Below, in pieces: positions 1 through 11,934 of a DNA stretch of 64,000 nt. The notes under the pieces are model-generated. The model searched no databases. It saw only the letters and a program-made list of their open reading frames with translations, and was not told the DNA's origin. Both the position numbers and the translations under genes were made by a program. Every line of letters starts with the position of its first letter. The stretch's first letter is position 1. The stretch is from Haliotis rufescens (Eukaryota), in contig NW_025963879.1 of NCBI RefSeq assembly GCF_023055435.1, positions 1 through 64,000 of the forward strand, given 5' to 3'.

Positions 1-179
1 GAATGTTGCTGACAAACAAAATTTATTGACACTGAGTTCAAGGAATGATAGGCAAAGCATTTGGCATCCAGTGGGTTAGTGTGCGTGTATATTGTGTAGG
101 TCAGGTTTCGAGTGCTTGTTAAGTTTGTGTGTAGGTAATGTTTTTTTTTGTTTTAGTTTGTTTCCTTATTAGAGTGATT

Positions 180-325
180 GAGTTGGAATTTATCCAGCTT
201 TTAGCAATATTTTTGCAAACGGCGGGGGACACCAGATATAGGCTACACACATTGTACCTTTGTGGGGAATCGAACCGGGTCCTGAGCGTGACGAGCCAAC
301 ACTTTAACCACAAGGCCCAACCCCC
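180..325 (-). mobile_element. SINE family A copy, diverged
   Basis: GGGAATCGAACCGGGTC..GTGACGAGC..TTTAACCAC. Confidence 0.7.
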
Positions 326-494
326 CTTAACAACTTATGCTGGTCTAAGAGACGAAGTAACTGATCGGGTGGTCAGACTCGGTGAGATGTGAAGATGATA
401 AAAAGGAAAGATAATTTGAGATGTTTAACATCAAAACGCATCAAAATGGATGATTTTTCTGTCCTAAGTTTATCTTTTTAAGTGTTATACTCAT

Positions 495-750
495 CCCGTG
501 AACATCCGGGGTAGAATAGGTCTCCAGCAACCCATGCTTGCCGTAAAAGGCAACTATACTTGTCGTGAGACGGGATCGGGTTGTCAGGCTCGCTGACTTA
601 GTTGATGTATGTTATCGCATCCCAATTGCGTAGGTCGCTACTCTTGATGTCAATCACTGGATAGTCTGGTCCAGACTCGATTATTTACAGACAGTCGTCA
701 TATAGCTGGACTATTAGTGAGTGCGGCGTTACACATCAAACCAAACCAAA
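495..750 (+). mobile_element. SINE-like family M (non-tRNA head)
   Basis: CCCGTGAA.ATCCGGGGTAGAATAGGTCT head and a tail like ..GCGGCGTTA(AAC)n shared with the other SINEs. Confidence 0.8.
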
Positions 751-1122
751 CCCTGTGCTTGTATTATTCCACACCACGTCAAAGCCTTACACATCCTTTA
801 TTTCGCAGGTGAGTTTTGTTTTACGCCGCTTTTAGCAAATATTCCAGAAACATCCCTCGCCTTCTGCGAGACTAGCGAACACTTTAACATATATATTATG
901 TGCAAACAAATCAATAATATTTGCACATCCATGTATTGACATATGGCGAACGATAATTTTAATGCACAGTGCTATCACTTTCATAACCATAACTATCTGA
1001 AAATAAGTATTCGCATTATTGATAAAGATATATCCGATGGAGCAAGGCATTGAGAAGCTAGTCTCTGTAAGAAACAGACTCCAGAGATATATTTAATACA
1101 TCATTCACAACATTCCACTCTC

Positions 1123-1348
1123 ATCCCCTTTCCAGCTCTAGCAGCATACACCCACCCCTTTCCACCTCTAGCAGCCTATACCCACCCCATTCCAGCTCTA
1201 GCAGCCTATACCCACCCCATTCCAGTTCTAGCAGCATACACCCACCCCATTCCAGCTCTAGCAGCATATGCCCACCCCTTTCAGGTCCAGCAGCATATAC
1301 CCACCCCATTCCAGTTCCAACAGCATACACCCACCCCTTTCCAGCTCG
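1123..1348 (+). repeat. 30-bp minisatellite, ~7.5 copies
   Basis: Unit ~CCACCCC(A/T)TTCCAGCTCTAGCAGCATATAC. Confidence 0.92.
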
Positions 1349-2036
1349 AGGGTTCATTCAAAGAATTATTTTTACTAAACCTTATACACAACTTATTTCA
1401 GGAACTAGACATGTATGTTTTTCTACTGAGAAGCGTACTTACCCCTTTGCGCTTGGCGGGGCTGCGTTGATCTGTAACGAGATACCGAGAACATGAAATT
1501 TCCATGGCAACAGATAGCTATCATGTATATGCATATTGCTCATAAATTTCAAGCGCTCTTTAACACCTGTTCCCTATAAACTATCTCCATCGCCACACCG
1601 ATAGCGTAAACAGTCCCGCAACAGCTTATTGCGTACATTATCGATCCTGTTTTACAGCGACTATATAATCACCATTATGACAAACATACGTACCTACACT
1701 TAACAAATAGCTAGAACAAAATAAATGTTCCCGTTTCTGCACTGACGAACGGATATTATATCGAAAAGAAAATGCCTGAAAGAGTTACTATGCTTGAGAT
1801 TGTTGAAAATAATATTTAGGCTTATAAAATTAATCTACAAAATATTTAGTCTCCATGCAAAATCCCATAGAATTTATACAGTCGAAGGGCTACGACTCTT
1901 AACAATGACAGAATGTGTCCATTTGAATTGCCGCTATTAAGTGTGGCTGGATGGACTACCTTAAGTAGAGCCTGTGGGGTAGGAGGACGGGGAGATGGAG
2001 AGGGGAGAGGGGAGGGGGGAGATGGAGAGATGGAGA

Positions 2037-2063
2037 GGGGGGGGGGGGGGGGGGGGGGGGGGG
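2037..2063 (+). repeat. Poly-G run in a purine-rich tract
   Basis: ~27 consecutive G. Confidence 0.95.
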
Positions 2064-3404
2064 TCGTGTTGCGCTGTGTTGCCTCTCTGCGGAATTGCAC
2101 CGTCTCTCTCTCAAGGACAGCCACACCCGTCTGGTACAAGTCAGCATAGAAACACTACTATCGCATGTGTACGCGTTTCCTTAGCCGTCGCGACAGTGAG
2201 GTCGCGTTTCCTCAACCACACAGTATTTCATAGGTCAGGGGTTACTGGTCGAAGGTCACATTTTAATTACTTTAGTCTGGCTACAAGCGACCAGTGCAGT
2301 GGCCCTTGTGACTACACGGAAAGGCAAATATCGCGACTGTTACCTTCTTTGTCGTCCGCCATTTCGGGAGAGCGGTCTGCTCGTGGTTTATGAAACGTCC
2401 ATGCTTCTTGCCAATCTGTTTACACCCCAGGCCGTGGAATTCCACATCCGCTACAGTGTGCCAGCCGACCTCATCACAGCGGAGAAAGGAACGCGTGCAC
2501 AAGCGAAAATAGTTCCTCATGTAGGAAGACGTCACTCGCCATCATCGATTGCAGCGAGCGCAGACGTGCTGTTGGGTTGAATGTAGCAGGCCGACTCTCT
2601 CCCTCGTTCATTAACGAGCGTTCCGAAACCATTCATTCAGCGCGTGTTAACCGAGTATCATATTTTCGATTGATCTTTTTGCATATCAGTGACATACTGA
2701 AATGCTTTCACTGTAATCATTATCATGAATGAATGGGTATTTGAAGGAATTAACCGAATTAATAGTTGGGGAATGACTGGTTGAATGAATGAATAAAATA
2801 TAAGAATTTGAGTTGAATAATGGATAGTTATAATAAATAGAATGTTGTGAAATCCCGTTAATCTGGTCGGTGGATTCCAAGTACAAATATTGAGATTATC
2901 ATATGTCCTGATTAATCAATGGCCGGATAAACGAATGGTTGTTACTGTAAAAGTTCTCTGGTGTATCGTCATTCTAATGTAAAACAAAAGGCCCATTGTA
3001 TAGACGTTTATCAGGGGGCCTTTTCTTTAACATGTTTTGTTCAATGGTTGTTTTTAATTAAATCCATTGGGCGGGGTATTAATGTAGCGCTTTGAGTATG
3101 TTTCAATGAAAAGATATGGCACACTATAAATATACGTTGTTGTTGTTGTTGCGTCTGTCCCCGTCTTTTCTATTTGTGACAGTCAGTAGGCAAGGGTGGA
3201 AGGTGGGGATATGGATGTAGTGGGTGAATGTTGTTTGACGCCGCATTTAGCAATATTTCAGCTATACAGCGGCGGCCTGTAAATAATCGAGTCAGGACTA
3301 AACAAGCAGCTGAAGCCTACGCAACAAGTCACTTTGACTGATCACCAAATATATTTTAGTTGTCTTAAGTGAAGAATGGAGATAAGATACCGTCCGTGGG
3401 GTGC

Positions 3405-3670
3405 ATTGTTTGTTTGTTCGTTGTTTGACACCGTACTCGGCAATATTCCAGCTATTTGACGGCGGGCTGTAAATAATCGAGTCTGGTCCAGACTTTCCAG
3501 TGACTGGCATCATGAACATCGATCTACGCAATTGTGATGTGATGACATGCATCAACCAAGTCAGCGAGCCCGACCACCCGATCCCGTTAGTCGCCTCTTA
3601 CGACGAGCATAGTCGCCTTCTAACATCAAGCATGCGTTGCTGAAGACCTATTCTAACCCGGATCTTCACT
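3405..3670 (-). mobile_element. SINE-like family M copy
   Basis: Reverse complement match to the family consensus. Confidence 0.8.
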
Positions 3671-4397
3671 GGTATTGTGGTTGATTGGGATTAAAGACAG
3701 TTTGGGCTGTACCCTTTTAGCAGACCCTGTAACTTTGAAATGTAAACATATACTTTTTTATATATAAGAAAAGCAGTAATGGTTTTAATACGAACGGGTT
3801 GGGCAAAAGAAGCCATAGCAACGAGACTGCATTGGGACATAAAACCTGGGAAAACGTTAATTTTGTAGCATGTATGTCGACATGTTTGTTTATTTGAAAT
3901 TTCAAGCCACGCATTTACTGAAACAAAACATACAAATCATGTGCGTGGAATGTTGATACTGTTCTTTTCCAGCAATAAGAGATACTTCAAAATCGTCTTT
4001 ATGTAGTTAATTGATGCATCTGACTGTTTCTGGTCATTAACTGATATTATTAAACCATTCATGTGTAATCAGATGTCCTTTTTTCCTCAAGGACTAATTT
4101 TCTGATTTTCACGGTCTATACAAAAGAAGAACTGTACTCCGGAGATCGTAAATAACAGCATAATATAAAATATGTTCTGAATATGCTTATTCATGAACAA
4201 CGACGACATCTCAATTTAAATGTAATATGGCTGAATTCCACATTCTACATACCACACTTTTGATTTTTTGGATGCTCATGTTCACTGGAAATAGTTGGAA
4301 TAGTTATATTCCGTATCAGTCCCCCGAGTTTTTTAATCACTGCACCGCACATAGCCACATGTGAAACGTTTGGTAAAAAAGTCAAAGCAAAATCGGA

Positions 4398-4950
4398 GTA
4401 GTGGTGTCGGCGAATTTGCATCAAGGCTGTAGTAATTTTCAACCGTTTAATGGAATTCAATGTAGAGCCGTAGCTCTGGTCACTATCATATTTTGTGTCC
4501 CATGGCTCAAATCTATTTGCGTCTGTACCGTGTTCCACTGACCTCGATAATCTGTTGGATGAAGGCACAGCTCTCTACAGTCGCATAGTTAACACCGAAG
4601 GCTATGAGGGGTATTTAGGTTACAATCAGCTCCTAGCAGCCACTGCCTCAAGCGATACTGTCTACATAACAGATCAGATTTATGGCCCCATCACAGGTGC
4701 TCCAAATATTGAAGCGGGGAAAAATAATTTCATAGAATCACTTCAACAAGCAATATTGATATCCCTGTCACTTTTGGTAACTTTTAATGATGTCTCCATT
4801 GCAATCTTTACGGATTTTGATTCGTATGCATTATTTGACTCTCATCAGCGGAATGGTTTGGGTCAGATTGATCCGAATGGACAAGCAGTTTTACTTATGT
4901 TTAGTAGTATGGATGAATTGTTATGTTACATCTTAACAGTATATCAGGCG
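4398..4950 (+). pseudogene. Herpes-tegument-like (VTD/peptidase C76) deubiquitinase domain relic, probably transposon-derived
   Basis: One frame reads VVSANLHQG..F..NGIQCRAVAL (Cys at 4461). After a frameshift it reads DLDNLLDEG...LFDSHQRNGLG..PNGQAVL..F. A SINE begins at 4953. Confidence 0.7.
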
Positions 4951-4952
4951 AA

Positions 4953-5135
4953 TATGCTTGTCGTAAGAGGCGACAAACGGGATCGGGTGGTCAGGCTTTG
5001 GTTGATGCATGGCATCGATCCCAATTGCGTGGATCGATGCTCATGATATTAATCACTGGATTGTCTGGTCCAGACTCGATTATTTACAGACCGCCGTCAT
5101 ATAGCTGGACTATTGCTGAGTACCGCGTCAATACC
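4953..5135 (+). mobile_element. SINE-like family M, 5'-truncated
   Basis: ATGCTTGTCGTAAGAGGCGAC through to the tail. Confidence 0.8.
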
Positions 5136-5612
5136 GAGTGCGGCTTCATCATCATATGAACTCAAACCAGTCATTGTTACAAGTAAACCACATTCCACAA
5201 CAGTTACTGACACTGGATAAAAAACAGTACATAGAAAAAGACCAATTAACTCAACTCATCATGATCACAATTACTATTATTTGAAAGAAAGAAATACAAA
5301 AAAGAAACTGACCAAAAAACGTTATACAAGAGACGAGGAATCTCCGTTGTTGATTATTTATACGTGATAATATTTTGGGTATGTGCATCTGTGGTTGTGA
5401 CAAAAAGACCTTATCTAGTATGACTTTTTTGCCATATGGAGCCCTTAGTATTTTCATTTACATTATTATAACCAAATGCCAAGTGTAAAAAGAATGTGAT
5501 CTATTATTTGAGTATGTGCATCTGCAAATGTGGTTGGCAGTTTTGATACTATTTCCACATGTTTACGTTTGTGCCAGAAATTGCTTCCATTTCCTTCGAT
5601 CTCGTTTTAAAT

Positions 5613-5836
5613 AAAGACCCAGGTTAAAATAGGTCTTCAGCAACCCATGCTTGCGGTAAGAGGCGACGAACAGGATTGGGTAGTCAGGCTCGCCGATTTG
5701 GTCGATGCATAACATCATATTCCAATTGCGTAGTTCGATGCTCTTGGTGTCAATCACTGGATAATCTGGTCCAGACTGGATTATTTACAGACCGCCGTCA
5801 TATGGCTGGAATACTGCTGAGTGCGGCGTTAAACAA
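5613..5836 (+). mobile_element. SINE-like family M copy
   Basis: Match to the family consensus. Confidence 0.8.
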
Positions 5837-6407
5837 GAAACTATTTTTAAATAGACCTACCCTATGCAAATGAATCAACTGTATTGCCCAATACTCAAAA
5901 TAAATAGTATTTTTTTCAACAACAGCGTTGTGTTATTTGTGGTAAATATAGTTATGCTCCTTCATGCCTTTCAGTAACATCATAATTATGCGTTTTGTGA
6001 GGCATCACATATGGCGGGGAACTTTGATGCTCTGCATCAATGTTTTCTTGTACATTCGTAACGAAAGGTTAATTCGTTGGTGTTACAGTTCAAAACAAGA
6101 CGATTACATATATTTTATGAGCGCTTGTTACATTAAAATGACACTGATATACAGGCTGCTTCGGTCAGATGTTAGCGTTACAAGCATTGCTTATCCGAAA
6201 TGTGATTCTTCATGTATCTTAATACATTTCTTATATATATTACCCTAAATTTAGCTGTTTCAGAGTTGGGTGTGTGACATTTTTCGGATTTTCTAGAAAC
6301 CTATACTCTCTTAGAATTATTTGACGTGATAAGTGTGTTCATGTAGGTGGTTGAAAAAAATATGAAAATCAATATAGAGAAATTATTTCTTGCCTTTATC
6401 TATAATA

Positions 6408-6468
6408 TGTGTGTATGTGTGTGTGTGTGCGTGCGTGCGTGCATGTGCATGTGTGTACGTGTATGTAT
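6408..6468 (+). repeat. (TG)n compound microsatellite
   Basis: Visible directly. Confidence 0.9.
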
Positions 6469-7036
6469 GAACAGCCAAAGACAAATTGCGATTGGTTTTT
6501 TAAGTCTTGAGCCGACAGTCCTATTCAACGTGGGGGGTAGGTGCCCAGTCAAGAACAAGTTCAAGTTCTTTATTTCTCCAAAACCACTCACAGTGGTATA
6601 CTGTACAATTCAGTAATTATATCTATACCACTCAACATTTGTCAGGGGCCATATATTTGACTATATATGGCTATTTTGGTTCTTAGAAAGTGTTGAGTAG
6701 TATATTTATGTGAGGCAGTATCACAATACCTTTGCGAACTCTTGAAGTCAACAAATAAACAACACATTTTTTTTTCTAACTGTCAAACCCCGAAGGACAA
6801 AAATATGATCTGTCGTTGCGCAGCCCTTTTAGGGAAGCCCGTCGTTAACTGTGCCACTGTTCGCTGTGCAGTTCTGATCTATTGTCGGGACTCGCTTATT
6901 CTGGATCCAGATTTGTCCCGAGTCCCGAGTCCCGAGTCCCGTAGCCGCACTGCTAATCCTATCATTAATAAACCTATGAAATATTGAACGTTTTCGGTTT
7001 AGACTGTGGAAAGGTTAAGTCAACCACAGCAACAGA

Positions 7037-7545
7037 ACAATCTCATTAAAATCAGATCTTAGTTCTCGCTATGCTAAACAAAGATCTTAGGACATCCCAT
7101 TAAGGGTCACGTCAGAACGACCTTTCATCCAACCAATCAGAGCGTCGCTTACCAGATCATGAAAGTGGCAGTTGGAATGTGTTTTCTAATCATACAACCA
7201 CGAAATATTTAACACGGGCTATTCCGAACGACAGTTACGGGTTTTATGATTATATCCACACAATCTAGGCCACCCAAAAGCCATTCCAAAATGTTCTTCT
7301 TATCTGTTTTATTTTTTTTAATCGAGAATACGTCAAATTGTTTCGAAGCGTAGTCGGCAGTTTTAAACTAGTGTCGTAAAGCTCGAGAAAGCTGACTTCT
7401 GATTGGCTAATGTCGACCTCTTGTCAGTCATTTCATTGGTCGGTCAAAATTCGCGAACGGTCCTTCTGACGTGACCTGTAATGGGATGTCCTCAGATCTT
7501 TGTTTCGCGGTAGCGAAAACTAAGATCTAATTTTAATGAGATTGT
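7037..7545. mobile_element. MITE with ~90-bp TIRs and 8-bp TSD
   Basis: ACAATCTCATTAAAATCAGATCTTAG... is inverted at the right end. GCAACAGA occurs at 7029-7036 and 7546-7553. Confidence 0.85.
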
Positions 7546-8306
7546 GCAACAGAAAATTGTGTAAGAGATCGATGTAATGACGGTTTGAATATTTTTTTCA
7601 CAGCGTGTTTTCTGAAGTGATGCAGATCGTTTTCACTTACCCGGAACACGGACATGGTGCTCACAGATCCGGGGTCATAACCGCGTTCCATCAGAGGATC
7701 CTGGCACGGACAACTCCGCACAGCGAACGGCCATGTCTCAGACAACCGAGCCATCTCCAGCACATGCAAATGCACATCTGAGGGCGATTTATAAAAAACG
7801 AACAAGATAAATTTAACTTTGAACCAAATCGCGACAGTGACCATAATTTATTCACTATCCATTCGTCATTCATTGTCGATTATTCACAAAATAATATGTT
7901 TTCTGTCACCAAGATCTGTCGCATCCAAGACCATTGCCATGGTATAACGACGTGCATGCGTGACTGCTTGTACTAGTCCGGACTGATGTCGATTTATAGT
8001 GCTAGCCCACTGAGATACCATGCCGCAGTTTAACATGAATACCCCTCTCAGACACAGTATATACTGACTCCGAGCAGACCAGTCCTTGATTTAGTTGAGT
8101 GCTAGACAGGATAACAAGAAGTCTATCTTTTAACATCTTTTGGCATGACGCGAACGCTCTACCACTAGACCACACAACGATAGGTCATGGCTTGGAACGT
8201 GTGATGCGTTGTTGAGGAAGGGTTCATCTTGCATACCTCTTCCGCTTGCTGTTGTGAGTCACACCACCTTAGGGCAATGTTGGATCACCCGCTTTCTGTT
8301 GTCTGC

Positions 8307-8851
8307 CATCTTCCCGAGACAAGGGAGTTTACTGACTGTAAAAGTCCAGTTTTCACCCTTGCCGAAATAGGCTGGAATTTCTGGGCTTGATCGTAGCGCC
8401 ACCAGTGGTTATTACGAGGTGTGTCCCTCCTATGCCTCTCCTATTGACCAATCAGATTCCGCCCCTTGGATCCCTTGCATTTGCTTCTAACAAAATGGCG
8501 GTGCCCAGCCATGACGATCTGATCAATTATCAAGATCTATATTGTGATAAAACGGGTCTTACATCGCAAAGGGCATCAAATGACGTGAGCACCTTGATTA
8601 AAAACATGAAAAGATTTGGAAAATATCTGCTGACGCCCAGTTGACGGTACACATGCTTTGCAAATCCTGCAATCGACCGAAATCTGCACGACAGTTTACG
8701 AACAGGATTTCGATTTCATTACGCGATTTTGATTGGACTATGCATAGACTCGTTAGTACAGCCAAAATTTAACTGCATAATACCAGCCTAGTTCGGCAAG
8801 GGTGGAAACTGGACTTTTAAAGTCAGTGAACTCACTTGCCTCGGGAAGATG
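8307..8851. mobile_element. MITE with ~70-bp TIRs and 8-9-bp TSD
   Basis: CATCTTCCCGAG.../...CTCGGGAAGATG, flanked by (G/A)TTGTCTGC. Confidence 0.85.
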
Positions 8852-9020
8852 ATTGTCTGCATGTCGTGTTGCACAATCGCGTCTGGCGATGGTCCAATCC
8901 CTGTCAAAAATAGGCTGTTTCTGAAAACCGATACCACTATTGTTCGTTGCAGATTGTACAAAGTGGAAAGATTGGAAATAGAGAATTAACAGTGCTGGAA
9001 ATGTGCTTATCCTACATATG

Positions 9021-9280
9021 AGTGAGTTAGTTAGGCGTAACGCCGGTTTAAACAGTATTCCAGTACAATACGGCGTGTCAGCTTAATGTGGGAGGAAGGC
9101 CCGAAGTCACTTTGGTGAAAACTACGAGCATGGGAATAGTGCTGACAAACCTAGAAACATAGTCGGGGAGAACCAGGACTCGAACCCACAATCACAGGCT
9201 TCTGGCGTTCCCAAGGGAGACAACTCTGCACAGCGAATTGCGGCGCCTTAGACGACTTGGGAAACTGTTCCTCGCAGATT
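9021..9280 (-). mobile_element. SINE-B copy, diverged
   Basis: Reverse complement of family B, including the tail and B box. Confidence 0.75.
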
Positions 9281-9516
9281 TTGTGAAGATTTTATGTCCT
9301 GGAGCAACTTATTCCATTGGATGGCTGCTGCATATATAAAAGGATATCTTTCGAGAATTGGAGGCTTCTATGTGTAGAACAGATACAACATCTTTCCCTA
9401 AGACTGTACCAAGAAGAACATAATTAATTTACTACGATGTCACGTGAAGTGGATAGGCAACAGTCGGCCTCGTGGTCCTATGAGACATCACTTTTCATGA
9501 AAATAGTAGTAAAATC

Positions 9517-9737
9517 GACCCGTGAAGATCCGGGGTAGAATAAGTCTTCAGGAACCCACGCTGGCTCTAAAAAGCGACTCTGCTTGTCGTAAGAGGCGGC
9601 TAACGGGATCGAGTGGTCAGGCTCGCTGACTTGGTTGATGCATGTCATTGTCTGGTCTAGACTTGATTATTTACAGACCGCCGCCATATAGCTGGAATAT
9701 TGCTTAGTACCGCGTCAAACAACAAACAAACAAACAA
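9517..9737 (+). mobile_element. SINE-like family M copy with intact head
   Basis: GACCCGTGAAGATCCGGGGTAGAAT...(CAAA)n. Confidence 0.85.
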
Positions 9738-9919
9738 TGCACCACACGGGCGGCATCAAGTTATCTTATTTCTATTCTAGTCTTAAAACAATATTTATAT
9801 AACCTAAAATCAGTCAAGCAGGATCACCGAGTCATATTTCCTACAATTCACACCATATAAAATACTTACCCCCACGCACTAATATATTATATAGCACCGC
9901 TAATACATATACACAGTCC

Positions 9920-9974
9920 CCACACCCACACCCACGCCACACACACGCACACGCACGCACACGCACACGCACAT

Positions 9975-10004
<30 letters not shown>
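9920..10004 (+). repeat. (CA)n/(CACGCA)n microsatellite
   Basis: Visible directly. Confidence 0.9.
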
Positions 10005-10007
<3 letters not shown>

Positions 10008-10716
10008 TGTATCTGGCAATTTCCCATGTATATGGTGTGCATAAACACGACCAATTATATATCTTGCTCGTGATGTGTACACTCCATTACCATTTGGTAT
10101 TCCTTTACACTGAATGATAATAACACCAATTAAAGTTTCACTGGTGGATAGCTTTCTTCAAAATCTGAACACAAGTAACATTGACACAACACTTAAAAGA
10201 AGAACACTGGATTGTTACCCATTACAGGTCGCTGATCACTGTAGATTCAGTTGGAAAGTGACAATAAACCATTAGAACCATGGGTGTACCAAATATATAA
10301 TTACACGTCACTAATGGGATGACTTTCACATCACCTACCTCTTAACATCAGCGCACTTATATATTGTGTGAATATGGATTAGAAGACAGTTATGCTGACA
10401 TCCATTTGGTTGTTCGTTTGTTCAAGTGATCTGACGTGCCTTATTAAGAATGGTCAATATAGACATAAATCCTCTCATTACCTTATGATAAAAACCTAGG
10501 GCTGCATCAAATGATGCTCTTGTTTACCAGGCAATGTCATTGTAACAATGGCATTTCGTTGACGTCAAAAATTTGCTAATTGCCGATCTGCCAATAGAGT
10601 ACTGATTTACTCATTAGTTTAATATCACTTCATCTTATCTTTGAAATTGAAGGTATAAATATCACGTGTCCATGCATTCGGTTGTCTTTAATAAAAATTA
10701 CCAAACACAACACAGC

Positions 10717-11934
10717 ATGTTAAAGAAGACATTTGTTGTGATGTTTCCAGTGGTTTTGTTGTTATCAGCCTGTGTTGACAACGTAATGGCTGACACCCAA
10801 GAAAGCCAAAAACAGCTGAACTCGTATCTTGAAACCCGCTTCAATCCCGACGTTCCTCCCATCGACCCACATACCAATGCCATTGATGTACAAATTGCCA
10901 TTGGGCCAGTGCAGGTTCAGGATCTGGTTGATGCTACCCAAGTACTTAAATGCAGAGTGTTTGTGGTGATGAGTTGGAAGGACACATCACTTGCCTGGAA
11001 TGCGTCGGACTACCCCAACGTTGTTCAGACAGAAATCGCTCCACATAAAGCTTGGTCTCCTAATGTGATGTTGTTAAATGCAGCGTTTGGTGATGGTCCT
11101 TTATCGACAACGATGCCCATCACATTAGTCATGGATGGTTCTCTGTATTGGCAGAACATAATCATGGTGTATACAATCTGTAAGACTGATCTGTCCAGAT
11201 ATCCCTTCGATAACCAGACGTGTGACATAACATTCTCATCAGCAATAGGATATCCTGTCATTCTCAATCCATCGGTAATTTCACAAACTCGGGGCCTGAA
11301 GATAAACGCTAACGGAGAGTGGGAAACTAACAATATAACACAGTCGATTCATTCACGTGAAAACGGGACATCATACCAAGCCGCGATCTTTCACATCCAT
11401 CTGTCCAGAAAGTATCTTTTCCACATTTTGAATCTCATCTTCCCGATGTGCCTTCTCTCCTTTCTCAACAGCTTCGTGTTCCTGCTTCCAGCAAGCTCCG
11501 GAGAAAAGATGGGCTACCTCATGGCTGTCTTTGTCTCGAACGCTCTCTTCCTGAGCCTCATCCACGACACTATGCCATCAACCTCTGATTCTGTTTCTAA
11601 CCTCTCTATCTACCAGGTGGCTATCCACATGCAAGGCTTTCTCGCCATCGCTGCCACCATCTTGGTTCAGAACATCTACCACCGACAGCAGAAAACTATG
11701 GAGGAAGGTGCGCATGTAAGATCAAACCACACAAAAGCCATACCTCTTGGCTCCACTGACAATATGGGATCTAGTACCCCAACGCTTCTCAAAGATGGAT
11801 GCAGTCAACCTTCAAATGGACAGAACAGGATCAGGAAGCCTAATGTACCACTGGACATACTTCTGGATGGTATTTTCTTTATTTGTTCTATTATTTTTTC
11901 CATTATTAGCTTATTGTGTCTTCTCCTGGCTTAG
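10717..11934 (+). CDS. Intronless divergent nAChR-like Cys-loop ligand-gated ion channel subunit (paralogue A1)
   Basis: Single ORF with signal peptide (MLKKTFVVMFPVVLLLSAC), WxPN, Cys-loop CKTDLSRYPFDNQTC, NGEW, TM1-LPASSGEK-TM2-TM3, short loop and terminal TM4. Alternative ATG at 10672. Confidence 0.93.
   Translation: MLKKTFVVMFPVVLLLSACVDNVMADTQESQKQLNSYLETRFNPDVPPIDPHTNAIDVQIAIGPVQVQDLVDATQVLKCRVFVVMSWKDTSLAWNASDYPNVVQTEIAPHKAWSPNVMLLNAAFGDGPLSTTMPITLVMDGSLYWQNIIMVYTICKTDLSRYPFDNQTCDITFSSAIGYPVILNPSVISQTRGLKINANGEWETNNITQSIHSRENGTSYQAAIFHIHLSRKYLFHILNLIFPMCLLSFLNSFVFLLPASSGEKMGYLMAVFVSNALFLSLIHDTMPSTSDSVSNLSIYQVAIHMQGFLAIAATILVQNIYHRQQKTMEEGAHVRSNHTKAIPLGSTDNMGSSTPTLLKDGCSQPSNGQNRIRKPNVPLDILLDGIFFICSIIFSIISLLCLLLA

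Noticed and set aside
1123-1348. Regular 30-bp repeats as a CRISPR array, or the LLELEWGG ORF as a protein
   Set aside because: No unique spacers or cas genes and a eukaryotic context. It is a simple minisatellite.
1846-2393. Pro/Gly-rich ORFs
   Set aside because: They arise from the poly-G/purine tract and have no domain signal.
11025-11333. Antisense ORFs recurring in each receptor gene
   Set aside because: Shadows of the sense coding sequence. Recurrence follows from duplication.
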